A stretch of DNA of 63,523 nucleotides, filler included, from Stramenopiles sp. TOSAG23-6 (lineage: Eukaryota): NCBI GenBank assembly GCA_900128565.1. It is 14 parts of 14 records of this genome, joined end to end, with 100 filler letters (N's around TTAATTAATTAA, not from the genome) between each part and the next. Parts side by side here need not be neighbours in the genome. Positions count along the whole stretch, not along the records: positions 9,136 to 13,595 come from LT637164.1; positions 13,696 to 18,154 come from LT637165.1; positions 18,255 to 22,709 come from LT637166.1; positions 22,810 to 27,262 come from LT637167.1; 10 more parts are not named here. The stretch is one strand, 5' to 3'. How positions within the stretch are numbered: position 1 is the first letter of the stretch; every line of letters starts with the position of its first letter. The notes beneath the pieces are model-generated. The model made no database searches. It was not told the origin of the DNA and worked only from the letters and a program-made list of their open reading frames with translations. Positions 12,101 through 22,998 of the stretch are shown one piece after another. A program made the translations under genes and the position numbers.

Positions 12101-13595
12101 ATGCGCAATTCAATTTCAGGTTCCTTGAACCGACTGGTGCTCATAATAATTTTTTCATTCCACACAGGGCTTTTTGCTAGACGAACTTGCTGCGATGTTG
12201 CGATATAATTTGTTGTCGGGTCTTTCTGGGATTTTTTAGCTTTACTTCGCCGACTTATTTCCTTATTTTGCCATTGTGTCTTCATAGTTAGTATATGTGC
12301 ACACTTTTTTTCCCAGTCGGTTCCTGCTTCTCCAATCACTAATTGTGCAAATATACCACCAGCGCCTCTAGCGGCTTTTGTAGATTTTCCTTTTCTATTG
12401 ATACCACGAAGTTGTTCCGCTGATAAGAGGATAAATTTTAGATGATTGCCAAACACTATTTCTTCTTCTTCGTGCTTCAGTGTGTTTTGCATCGCCTTTT
12501 GTTTCTGGGCTTCGGTACTTTCTATTAACAGCGTATTCATTTGCAACACAGTAGTTCGCTGTGCTTTCCAACGTCTTGCATGGCGTTGAAGTAAAGCCAA
12601 AGCTCTCTCGCCAGGTCCACCTCGACAAAGTAGATTTGTTGCTGCAAGTTTTAATGTCAACTCAGAAACTCTCGAATTAAAAACTATTACTGTTTTTCTT
12701 CCATTTGAAATATTTTGCTTTAACATTCCTACAACTTTTGAATGGTGCAAATTTGAAACATTCTTGTCATCAACATGTGTAACATACATACCAAGTTTTA
12801 CACCTGAACGTTCAATCGGCCCTCGAATCAAATGACCTCTTTTATGACTGGTCTGTGTCGATTCTACAAGGTAGAAACGTTTAAGTCGACAACCTCGATT
12901 CATGAAACCATGATCGAATTTTACACCGATAGGACCAGGTGGAAAAGATATACGACGAGTCATTGGTTTTGGAAGAATTACTTTCGCATCACCTTTCTCT
13001 ACAGCGGTCAACATATTTTTATCAAATAGTTCTAGCGGCCTCTGCCAGCTTAAAGTAATAGTATGTATTTTGGAAAAATATTTGAAAAAAAAATCGTTAG
13101 GTACAAAATTTCGTATTTGAAAAAAAATAAAACATACACCTTGTGCAATTAATTTAAGACTCGAAGCAGATAGGTTTATATCTATTGGTCCACCAGAAGA
13201 TCGATATTTTGGTATTTTTACTCTACACTGCCCAATGACATTTCGATCAATGCACGCAGCCTCTTTAATAGCTAACTCCATTTTCATTTTATCTACAATG
13301 TTGTTAGCAACATTTGAAAAACTGTCATCAACTTCGACAATTCTAATTGATACTTCAGGCTGTGAAATATTATTTAAATTTAGCCATATCATTTCATTCC
13401 ATTTTGCATCACGTTTCCGGGGTACACTTTTAGAAGAATTTACGTATTTTATATTCCCTGGCGATGAATATTTCGTGGCCAACTTTAATTTTTCTTTAAA
13501 ACCCATTCCTTCTTCCCCTACGACCACCAATACAACACACAAAAGACCATTATCGTCGTCACTGTCACTAAAAATAAGTGTTTCATCTTTTGTAG
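9189..13595 (-). CDS. Large protein with repeated C2-PDZ-IQ modules (partial at both ends), intron 13063-13137
   Basis: Repeated P.W.E...IG.C C2 patterns, PGPIG PDZ loops and LQTQWRAR IQ-like motifs. The element peptide VCFIFFQIRNFVPN...SKIH is embedded in frame. Confidence 0.75.
13063..13137 (-). mobile_element. Introner-like intron, GT...AT, 75 nt, stop-free in frame
   Basis: GGT|GTATGT...GTACCTAAC...AAAATAC AT|ACT. Removal gives QGTITLSWQR, matching the sister repeats GKINFAWQR, GELSIIWNR and GIMWVAWER. Confidence 0.8.
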
Positions 13596-13926
13596 NNNNN
13601 NNNNNNNNNNNNNNNNNNNNNNNNNNNNNNNNNNNNNNNTTAATTAATTAANNNNNNNNNNNNNNNNNNNNNNNNNNNNNNNNNNNNNNNNNNNNAATAA
13701 AACAAACATGCATTGTGAGAATATATTAATTTATTTAATGAAATATTTTTTGTTAGGTACAAAGTGTACTACGATTTTTTTTTCTTTTTGTTCTTTACTA
13801 TACAAAAAATTGTAATAAAAACGTACGTATTTTGGAAAAATAATTCAAAAAAAAAAACTCAAATTTGTTAGGTACAACATTTCGTACGAAAAAAAACAAT
13901 TCAAATTGAAAAAAAATAAAACGTAC

Positions 13927-14499
13927 ATATCGATGATCATAACCTGCCGTAGCAGCAATAAAATCACGACGTTTACTTGGTGGAATTTCAACCCATTCCC
14001 AACACCATGTATTATGTATTTTGTTTTGTGCAATTCGTTAGGTATAACATTTTCAAGGAAAACAAATGAAGGTAAAAATGAATAATGAAAACGAACAAGG
14101 TTCTGTGCATAATAATACTAATTGCTGATAGTCTTGAAGATCTGTAGAGTACATTGATGTCATAACTTTATGAGCTGGTACAACTATATAATTTGCTTCG
14201 TCAGTTTTTAACGAGTAATTACAAAGTAGAGTACACTGTCGACTGATTGGAACCTTGTCAAAATTTAAATGACTATCACTATTAGGATTAAAACCGTAAA
14301 AGCGACTTTGATCCATCCCCAGGGAAATCACTGGACGAGGTTTTCCTGATAGAAAGTGCCCATTGTCTATATTCACATGTTCCTTTAGCGAATCAGATTT
14401 TTTTTTACCAGAACTAAGAGAATCAGATTCCGAGTAGAAACTACTGATAATCAAAATGAAGTGAAAGAAATAATGCATACGCCATTGAAACAATATCAT
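13927..14499 (-). CDS. Hypothetical protein with N-terminal signal/TM, first exons (partial)
   Basis: Hydrophobic N-terminus; removing 14007-14096 gives CTEP-WCWEWVEIPP...DHRY before the next element. Confidence 0.55.
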
Positions 14500-14616
14500 C
14501 GATGCAATTTTGGTACAATTTTATATAGTCTAAAGATAAAGAGCGTTGTATACTAAAATAAAACGACAAGATTACGTCTCAGAGTGTCATCATAGATAAA
14601 TATGTCAAGACCAAGG

Positions 14617-14641
14617 GAGAGAGAGAGAGAGAGAGAGAGAG
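14617..14641. repeat. (GA)n microsatellite upstream of the 14499 start
   Basis: About 12 GA units. Confidence 0.9.
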
Positions 14642-14974
14642 TGTAAACTCAACGTCAAGTTAGTTTCCTTTTTGACCGAAACCAGCTGTTCGCGTTGATG
14701 TTTTTGACATTTTTGAAAGAACAAAAAACACGCTTTCGTTTTTTTTTAGTTGACTTTTTAATTTTTACTCTAATATAAGAATTCTAAAGTAGAACTAAAA
14801 ATATCAACCCACATATACTATTGTTTATTGAATACTGATTTTAAAATATACCTCTCAATGCAAAAGATATTTTTATTTCTGATGTTCGTTTTCATCATCA
14901 TTTCAACTTTCAAAAAAATAATTTTGAATGTATTAAATTTTTTTTGTATCAAATATTGTAGGTAACAAAAAAAA

Positions 14975-16123
14975 TTATGAAGATTGACGACCAGTTGATC
15001 TCTGTCCAGCTACCATCTTCCACATACCAGGTCCTTTTTTCGTAAAGACGGAGGTCCATGTCGTCATATCATCATTTTGTTTTCCATCATATTCGAATTT
15101 GGCGTGTTCAATATAGCGTGCATAAGCGTTAAGTCCACCAGGGAGAACACGAACATCATCAACAGATACCAATTTTTGGAATAAACCTTTCACCATGCCA
15201 GACTTTCTCATAGCAATGAAACCGGCTTTATCCAATGGATTTCCACTAGGTCTGATGAACTCTGCACCATCATCCACAGACTTGTCCCAAGCAGCTTCAA
15301 ATCTTTCTTGGTTAAACCCAAACTTAGCTTCATGATTGTTATACTCTTGCATATCAGTAAAATATGTTTCAATAGAAGCTTTTACCTGTGCTTTGGCATC
15401 ACCAAAAAAACGAGTGTAAGGTGTCTGACCATTTGTTAAACCAACATTAATTTCAGAAACAACATTAACCATTCCAGAAGGTGGACCAAAGCAACTATCA
15501 ATGTATGCTTGCATATCAGCAGCAGTTTTTCCTGGAGCTGTTTCCCAGACACAAAAGCAAGGTCCAACTTTAGAGACAGGATTGAACGAATGATTGAAAA
15601 AACCAAGTGAGTTTGCAGTCTGCGACCATTTCTCCATCGCCCCAGGTGTTCCTGCCAGCTTTGCAAACGTACCCCAAAATTGATCCTCTTGGTTTGGTTT
15701 AAAGTCATGACGTACCATAAAAAATTTAGATGGCTCTGGTCCAGGAGCGACAGTCATTGGCTTTTTGTAATTTCCAGTTTTTTTTCCAGAGAAATAAGAA
15801 GGATAAGGTGTAGCTCCTCCTGTAAGTTCCATTGAGATAGGAAAGACATTATTTACGAAAGCACCCATTGATGGGCCTTCAGGACCATCAATGAAATCTT
15901 GGAAGTTAGCAGCTGTTTTGCCCGCCGAAGCTTCCCAAAAGCACCACGCGTTCGAAGTTAATCCTGTTGGGTTAAAACTATGATTATAAAAACCTAGTGA
16001 CTCAACCTTGGCGTGAAAAGCTTTCATTTGCTGTGCGTCTTTCATCATCTCGGACATTGAAGCCCACCATGCCTCCGATGCATCAGGCTTAAATTTGTGT
16101 TCCACAAGATAGAATGTTGACAT
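14975..16123 (-). CDS. Fusion protein: two copies of a ~115-aa domain plus a C-terminal DUF3804 (NTF2/SnoaL-like) domain; intronless
   Basis: Internal duplication (F..V.H.FKP...GF.NHSFNP...C.WE...F/YID...TPY). C-terminal FIRPSGNP...KF.Y.G..NDD...TSVF...W....QRSTG recalled as the DUF3804 pattern. Confidence 0.7.
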   Translation of the reverse strand: MSTFYLVEHKFKPDASEAWWASMSEMMKDAQQMKAFHAKVESLGFYNHSFNPTGLTSNAWCFWEASAGKTAANFQDFIDGPEGPSMGAFVNNVFPISMELTGGATPYPSYFSGKKTGNYKKPMTVAPGPEPSKFFMVRHDFKPNQEDQFWGTFAKLAGTPGAMEKWSQTANSLGFFNHSFNPVSKVGPCFCVWETAPGKTAADMQAYIDSCFGPPSGMVNVVSEINVGLTNGQTPYTRFFGDAKAQVKASIETYFTDMQEYNNHEAKFGFNQERFEAAWDKSVDDGAEFIRPSGNPLDKAGFIAMRKSGMVKGLFQKLVSVDDVRVLPGGLNAYARYIEHAKFEYDGKQNDDMTTWTSVFTKKGPGMWKMVAGQRSTGRQSS

Positions 16124-16404
16124 TATAGTTTACGAAAAGTATTGCGAGCAAATTAAATAAGAATAAGGAAAGACGGGGTACAAAAACAACTTGCCGCCTG
16201 GCTAAACAAGGAAAAAATGACAGCTACTATAACAGCACACATTTGATTTTTGGAGTGACACCATTTTTTCAGTGACATCGACAATCGGAAATTTCAAATT
16301 TGAAATTCGTCTAAAAATTTGTTTGGATGATAAAAAAATCAAGTTGTTTTATTTTTATTTTTGCAAGACAATTAAATTATAGTCACTTTCCTTGCATTAT
16401 CTCT

Positions 16405-18154
16405 TCATACTTGCATTTGATGTTTTCTTACTTGAGCATGTTTTCTATTCAAAAAAAGATTTACAAGATGTAACTGAGATTTTCGCAAAGTTCGCCCACC
16501 CCAACTTGCAGTTACTAATGTTGCAAATGAATTCCCGACGATAAAATGTATATCTGTTATACGACCAATTGCTCCCTTTCGAATACGCGTATCACTATGA
16601 TCGCAACCAAGAACTAAAGAAGGCATTAATTTTGGAATAAACTCCTCAAGTTTTGTTTTGGAAACTCGTTCAAATAAACTAGATAGAACATCAAGCACAG
16701 TTATCAATAATCCTATATTGTTAGTACTATGTGATTCTTCACAAGACAAGCCTGTTTTATTACTATGAGTATCGTCTGAATGCGGGACTGAACCTAAATT
16801 AAGAAATTTGCACATAGTTTCAAGGCATCTTTCTGGCCGTTGTTGATTTAGTAGAGCTGTAAGAGCCTGTTGAGCGGCATGCTTAATTATATCATTATTA
16901 CTATCAGCTGTTTTGATTCGAATAAGTTTACTTGCTACAACATCAATATAATCAACAAAACCATGTGGTTGATGCAATGCCATATCTCGAAGTACGCTAA
17001 GCGATGATTCCCGTAAAGACATTTCCGATGCAAACAGTGTACAACGGAGAACACAGTCCAGCACAGCCTGAAACCATTCAACCCAATCAATTGCATTTCC
17101 TTCGCGCGCAAATCGAGCAAGTTGGTGGAGAGCATCTGAACGTATCGACAGCGGTAGACCGCCTTTTTTTTCTAGATTGGAAAGTAAAGTAGGTATATCC
17201 TCACCCCAATTTGACGCAAGATTATTTTGCTGTTTTAAAAGTCTCTCTTTCATCTTTTCTTGTTCTTGTCGTACCAACTCTTCTTGCTTTTTTTGTTTTT
17301 GTAGTTCAAGTTCCAAAACTCTCTCAGCTCTAAATTCGTGTTGTTTTCGTAAAAGAATATTACACTTTTTGGCAGATTCAAAATTTCCTTTACTCATGCC
17401 ATCAATTCGAGAGGGACTTTGTTCTACAGGGTAATTTACACTAGGTAAGACATCAGTAATAGGAGTATCGTTTACCGGCGATTCTTGTCGAGAAACATTT
17501 GGGTTTGTGGAAAATTTATTTTCAATTTCTGGTTTATCTATTTTTTCTCGACGACCGCGAGCAGAACTTTTCAATACAACACTTAACTGTCGTGCAATAT
17601 CTGGAACTTTTGCCTCAAGACCTTTTTTCAATTCCTTCTGTTGATTTAATGAAAGCATAAGAGTACCAGCCATAAACTTTTCTCTATCTCTGCGGTATAT
17701 CTCTAACATTGCTTTACTTGAAGCACGACGTAATTCGACACTGCGCCCACCATGACAAGTACATAGACGACTCATAAGCTTTTTCATAACATTGCGATTC
17801 GTCAGTATAGAATCTAATTCACTAAACCAAGGTATCGAAATTTCAAGACAACGACATTGTACACGAGGTTTCCCAACTGAAAGAGATTGTAAGATGGATG
17901 GTAACATAGCTTCAGCTCCAACTTGTGCATGAGCTTGTTTCAATACATCGAGAGCTAGTTGCTGTGTTTCCCTTTTTGCCGCTGGTACTAGTAGAAACAC
18001 AGGTGGAAGTAGTGTTACTAGTGTCGACTCTGCTGCGGTGTATAAATGTTGTACTACTAATGGAACTGCACGTAATGCAGCCTGTGCTACACGGTAATGA
18101 CCATCTCCTAAACGATCTGCCAATATACGTGATACTTTTGATGCCTGCTCTGCA
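16405..18154 (-). CDS. CLASP-like TOG/HEAT-repeat microtubule-associated protein (5' partial)
   Basis: HEAT repeats at both ends separated by a low-complexity/coiled linker; C-terminal D...IRK.A....IH..VG...L..SQL.LV.LF pattern. Confidence 0.7.
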
Positions 18155-18485
18155 NNNNNNNNNNNNNNNNNNNNNNNNNNNNNNNNNNNNNNNNNNNNTT
18201 AATTAATTAANNNNNNNNNNNNNNNNNNNNNNNNNNNNNNNNNNNNNNNNNNNNCAGTGTAGTGGAGGTCAGCAGATTTGTGACAAACGCGTGACGTGTG
18301 ATCAGATTTTCTGAGCGGTTCTCGGCGTTCTCAACGCCGATTAACGCCTATACCTTATATAATCATAATAAAACTTGTTTAAAATTCAAAGTAAAGTTCT
18401 TATTCCGGTTTAATCCCGGTAATTACTACACCAGTCAAATACGAAAACTTTTTGCAACGTGGAGCTGGAGCTGTATTATTAATAA

Positions 18486-18577
18486 TTATTGCACACAGTC
18501 TCTCCTCCTCTATTTCTTTGGTGACTTTGATTATTGCACACAGTCTCTCCTCCTCTATTTCTTTGGTGTGACTTTGA
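18486..18577. repeat. ~45-bp near-perfect tandem duplication upstream of the DnaJ gene
   Basis: ATTATTGCACACAGTCTCTCCTCCTCTATTTCTTTGGTG(TG)ACTTTGA occurs twice. Confidence 0.9.
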
Positions 18578-18648
18578 GAGATCATCTCACTTTATTCATT
18601 TAGATTTAGATACAGATAAATTTATTTCACATAAGCTTCACGTTGAAA

Positions 18649-20103
18649 ATGTTTCTTAGATCTTCACTGCTTTCTTTAGGGTTAATTGCATATTTAGTGC
18701 AACCAGCATCGGCTTTCCTTGAAGATATCCTACGTCAAATGGGCGGGGGTGGTGGTCAGTTCCATTTCGGTGGTCAAATGGGCGGTGGTGGTGGTCAACG
18801 TTCTATATGGCCTAAAGGTCTTAGTGGTGAAATTGGCGAAAACTATAATTGGCTAAAAGGTACAACTTGGGAATGGAATAGTTGGCGAAATGTTCAATTT
18901 GAAGCTGACGGAAACTTCAATGCGCCTACCCAAGAGTGTAGTCAAAAGCAGTGCAAATGGTGCACACACAAGGATAAGGTCTACGTGATGTGGGGAAGAT
19001 CCGGAATCCACATTCTTAAGGCAAAGAATTCTACACCAGAGTCAGGAAATTATCTTTACGGGAAACGTAAAATGGATGGTGAGAAAATTCGAGCAACGTT
19101 CGTTTCCAAGGAAGACAGCGACGAAGAAATGGATCCTTATGAAGTCCTTGGACTTGACTTTGACGCAACTGATAGACAAATCAAGAAAGCTTTCCGTAAG
19201 TTATCTATTAAATATCATCCAGACAAATGTAAAGAAGACAAAGAACTATGTGCAAAGATGTTTGAACGGGCCCGTATTGCTAATAGTCTTTTGAGTGACC
19301 CTGACAAACGTATTCTATTTGACACTGGTGGAATGGAGGCTGTTGAGGCTCACGAAACGTCTGAACAAAGACGGGAAGGTGGTCATATGGATCCTCTTGC
19401 TGCTTTCTTTGGTNGAGGTCGTCAACAGCGACAGTCGAATAAAGGCGATGATTCTCGTATGCAAGTGACTGTTGAACTTGGAGATTTATATAACGGACAA
19501 ACAATGCAAGTGAAATTGTCCCGTCGTATTGTCTGCCGTGGTTGTCGTAAGCGCGATACTGAAAAGTGTAGATCATGTGGGAAATGTCCTCCTGAATTAA
19601 AAATGGTTCAACGAAATATGGGAAATGGTATGATTGTTCAACAGCAAATGCGTGTTGAATCTAAAGAAAAATGTAAGAATGAAGAGACAGCGCTTGACCT
19701 AGTCATTGAAAAAGGAATGGCTGATGGCGAAAGCCTCAAATTTGAAAGAATGGGACAACAGTCTCCTGGTGAAATCCCTGGTGATGTTATCTTCCTTATC
19801 AAAGAGGGTACGCATGATGTTTTTACCAGAGATGGGAACAATCTTAGAATGAAGCTCAAGTTATCTCTAAAAGAAGCTCTCCTTGGTTTCAAGAAGGATA
19901 TTCCTCATATGGACGAACACTCTTTTGTAATTTCATCCTCAAATATTTCCCGTCCTGGGCAAATTATTAAGGTAGCAGGAGAAGGAATGCCAGTGCATAA
20001 TTTTCCTAGTCAAAAAGGTGATTTATTTGCGGAAGTGGAAGTGTTGTTTCCAACATCACTTACAGCTGCACAAAAAACGCAGATTGAAGAATTATTTGCT
20101 TAA
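18649..20103 (+). CDS. ER-type DnaJ/Hsp40 (ERdj3/DNAJB11-like) with an extra N-terminal domain
   Basis: Signal peptide, J domain with HPD, CRGC..CRSCGKC, DnaJ C-terminal GEGMP...GDLF. Confidence 0.9.
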   Translation: MFLRSSLLSLGLIAYLVQPASAFLEDILRQMGGGGGQFHFGGQMGGGGGQRSIWPKGLSGEIGENYNWLKGTTWEWNSWRNVQFEADGNFNAPTQECSQKQCKWCTHKDKVYVMWGRSGIHILKAKNSTPESGNYLYGKRKMDGEKIRATFVSKEDSDEEMDPYEVLGLDFDATDRQIKKAFRKLSIKYHPDKCKEDKELCAKMFERARIANSLLSDPDKRILFDTGGMEAVEAHETSEQRREGGHMDPLAAFFGXGRQQRQSNKGDDSRMQVTVELGDLYNGQTMQVKLSRRIVCRGCRKRDTEKCRSCGKCPPELKMVQRNMGNGMIVQQQMRVESKEKCKNEETALDLVIEKGMADGESLKFERMGQQSPGEIPGDVIFLIKEGTHDVFTRDGNNLRMKLKLSLKEALLGFKKDIPHMDEHSFVISSSNISRPGQIIKVAGEGMPVHNFPSQKGDLFAEVEVLFPTSLTAAQKTQIEELFA

Positions 20104-20189
20104 ACTATTCATTGAAGTAGCTCACTTTTATTGCAATAATAATTTAATATTAATTATATTCCAGTAATCATAGTAGTTCCTTACATGCC

Positions 20190-21547
20190 TTACTCGAAAT
20201 CCTTAAAAGGATTAGTCCATGTAGATTGCTGTAATGGTTGTATAAAAATATGTGATATTTTTTAGTGATAATTCGTGTATATATATTATATTATTCTTGA
20301 TTATGTTTTGTATATTTAACTTACCTGTGTGTTTTTATTGTACCAATACTTTTTCTTGGTTTTTTCTGTACAAAGTGAGAATATTTTTAAATGTTATTAT
20401 AATTGAAAATGATTATGTTTTACATAGTGATATAAGATTGTTACAATAATGGAAAGAAGTAGAAGAATTGTAAATTCAAATTGTACGTACCATCTTTTGC
20501 TTCCATCCATATTGATTTCAAATGTTCCAATTGATTATCTTTTTCAGCCTGTTGTTTTCTTGCATTCTCCTCCGCAGCAGCAGCTTCTTCTTCTACTCGT
20601 TTCTTATCAGCTTCCTGTTTCAGCCACGTTGCATCGACTTTAATATCAGTTGCCATTACCCACATTTGCTGTGAAAAATCAACAAGAAACCAAACACAAT
20701 TTGAATCATTTTCATCAATTCTTTCCTCAAATATTTTAACATATTGTCCACCACTTAAAGACTTAACTTTATTTGCATCACTACTAGGACCATCTAGAAC
20801 ATCAATACTTCCAAGTTCACTTCGAACTGTACCTTCTTTTGTTTTGTTTGCTTCCGCAGCGACTTTTTGCCTATCGAGTCTTTCACCAGTCATAATTAAA
20901 TGTTGCATTTCCAATAAATCAACATTTTTAACACGATTTTTACGTCGCTGAGCAGCTTTTTTCCAATATCGTTCTCCCATAAATTTCCCTTGAAGTTTTC
21001 GACTTAATGTGTGTGCGGGAAACATGAGTGATCTAGAACTTCTTTCCATATTCCGCCATTCTTGTAGTGTAATTTCACCATCACCATCATCGTATTGTTT
21101 GAACATATCTCGTACTTTTTTATCCACTGACTTGCGGCCGTGAATCATTGCAACAACCTTCTTCAACTCATCTTTCCCAATTTTTCCACTTCCGTCATTA
21201 TCAAACATGTCAAAAGCAAACTTAACAAGCGTGCCATGATCCATTGAACAATAATTCCAAGTACCAACATAGAATTCAGCGAAATCCAGCTGATGTTGAG
21301 AGTCTTTTGTCTGGTCTATATCCATTGTGGTAAAGGCGCGCTCAGCGAATAGTGAAAAGTCCAACTCAAAGAAATCAAAAAATTCATCCAAGTTAATTTT
21401 ACCACTCTTATCACCGTCAATTTTTTCATATATCATAAAAGCTCGTTTCAGTTCAGACTTTGTGATATTAAGTTTATCGCAGAATGGTCCGAGAGGATCA
21501 ATGGCATCCTCAAATCGTCGAGCAAATCCAGAACCACAGAGACCCAT
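20190..21547 (-). CDS. N-myristoylated EF-hand protein with C-terminal WW domain; canonical GT-AG introns 20366-20490 and 20229-20324
   Basis: MGLCGS start; EF loops DGDKSGKI and DNDGSGKI; splicing gives WMEAKDEKTKKKYWYNKNTQQSTWTNPF (WW). Confidence 0.85.
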
Positions 21548-21729
21548 TTTTGTAAAAGATCTATCAGTTGGAGATCTATCTATAAGAGATCTATATTATA
21601 GAAGATCTTTTGGAGTTTTTTGACCTTTTTGACCGAGGCGTTCTTTTTTTATGAAACGGTTTTTTCTTCGATTCCTTAGAAGACTTGTTCACTTCGGAAC
21701 GAGCAACTTATTTCAAATGCACCGAATGA

Positions 21730-22203
21730 ATGAACAAATTAGTCTTTGAAATACCAGAATCCAGGGGGAAGCATATAGCTAAGTGTCCTCCCAATATTCC
21801 ACAGAGTGTTTCTATTTCTTCTCCACGCCGCCGTTTGAGTGAAGCGAAATCTTTGGACTCCGAATTAGCAGCAACTCAACCATATTTGGAAAAATCTACT
21901 AGATATAATGGAAGCGATAAAAGAGATGGAGAGAAAGAAATCCTTCGTTTTGGTAAGAAGCTTGGTAATGAATATGCTTTAATTACAGCATATTACCGAA
22001 AACCAAAACTCAGATTTGTCGTTTACATTTCAACAAGTTGCTCAAAATATACTCTCACCTGCATTCACAAGGAAATTGAAGATTGCAATAATGTCAATGA
22101 AAGACATCGCCTAGTCAAAACAACAGCAAACGAACTTCATTTTGATGAGAGTGGGAAACTAACACTTAGTTCTATAGTACCTGCCACATGGCAAACAAAA
22201 TAA
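21730..22203 (+). CDS. Hypothetical protein
   Basis: 157-aa ATG ORF, divergent from the EF-hand gene. Confidence 0.55.
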   Translation: MNKLVFEIPESRGKHIAKCPPNIPQSVSISSPRRRLSEAKSLDSELAATQPYLEKSTRYNGSDKRDGEKEILRFGKKLGNEYALITAYYRKPKLRFVVYISTSCSKYTLTCIHKEIEDCNNVNERHRLVKTTANELHFDESGKLTLSSIVPATWQTK

Positions 22204-22315
22204 TTGAATAAAAACACAAATAACATTTGAAATTAATGTGATTTTATTTTTCTCCTTCCAGAGATTAATCAAAAATTCTAGTATTCACAAAAGAAATTAA
22301 CTCAGAATTATTCTC

Positions 22316-22708
22316 CTAGTATTCAATTGTAAAATTCACAAAAGAAATTAACTCAGAATTATTCTCATACTCTGAAGCAGAATACTCTGGACATCCCATC
22401 TTTCTCAACCATTGTAATACTTCTAAATGACCATTTTGAGCTGCCAGAGCACATGTCATTGAACTCCAAGGACAAGGCGGATTTTGACTTCTTAACCATT
22501 TCAATACTTCCAAGTGACCATTTTTAGCTGCTTCCCAACACGTTATATGATTCCAAGGACAAGGTGGTTTTTGACTTCTTAACCATTGTAATACTTCCAA
22601 GTGACCTTTTTCAGCTGCATTATGACACGTGTCTTCATTCCAAGGACAAGGTGGTTTTTGACTTCTTAACCATTTCAATACTTTTAAGTGACCTCCAAAA
22701 GCTGCCAT
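22316..22708 (-). CDS. Ankyrin-like repeat protein of the GHLEVL.WLRSQ.PPCPW type (5' partial)
   Basis: Four 27-aa (81-nt) tandem repeats. Confidence 0.85.
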   Translation of the reverse strand: MAAFGGHLKVLKWLRSQKPPCPWNEDTCHNAAEKGHLEVLQWLRSQKPPCPWNHITCWEAAKNGHLEVLKWLRSQNPPCPWSSMTCALAAQNGHLEVLQWLRKMGCPEYSASEYENNSELISFVNFTIEY

Positions 22709-22998
22709 TNNNNNNNNNNNNNNNNNNNNNNNNNNNNNNNNNNNNNNNNNNNNTTAATTAATTAANNNNNNNNNNNNNNNNNNNNNNNNNNNNNNNNNNN
22801 NNNNNNNNNTTCTTTCTCGACCAGAAGGGTTTTACCTTGAATGAAAATTCTCTATCTAAATTAAAAAGGCAATGCAGCGTACCGGTGAAAACACGAAATC
22901 CGGATATATATTTTAATTTGGCATTGAACACAAATTCTAATCATTGATGTTATACGGAAAGCTTCTTATAAATATTATTTAGTATAAATATTTAGTAT

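Noticed and set aside
22283-22366. 33-bp direct repeat at a gene end (also the 42- and 45-bp duplications at 6088 and 18486)
   Set aside because: Simple local duplications with no shared sequence or element structure.
22316-22708. Giant-virus origin for the PPCPW ankyrin-like repeats
   Set aside because: Such repeats are common in protist genomes and no viral hallmark gene is present.
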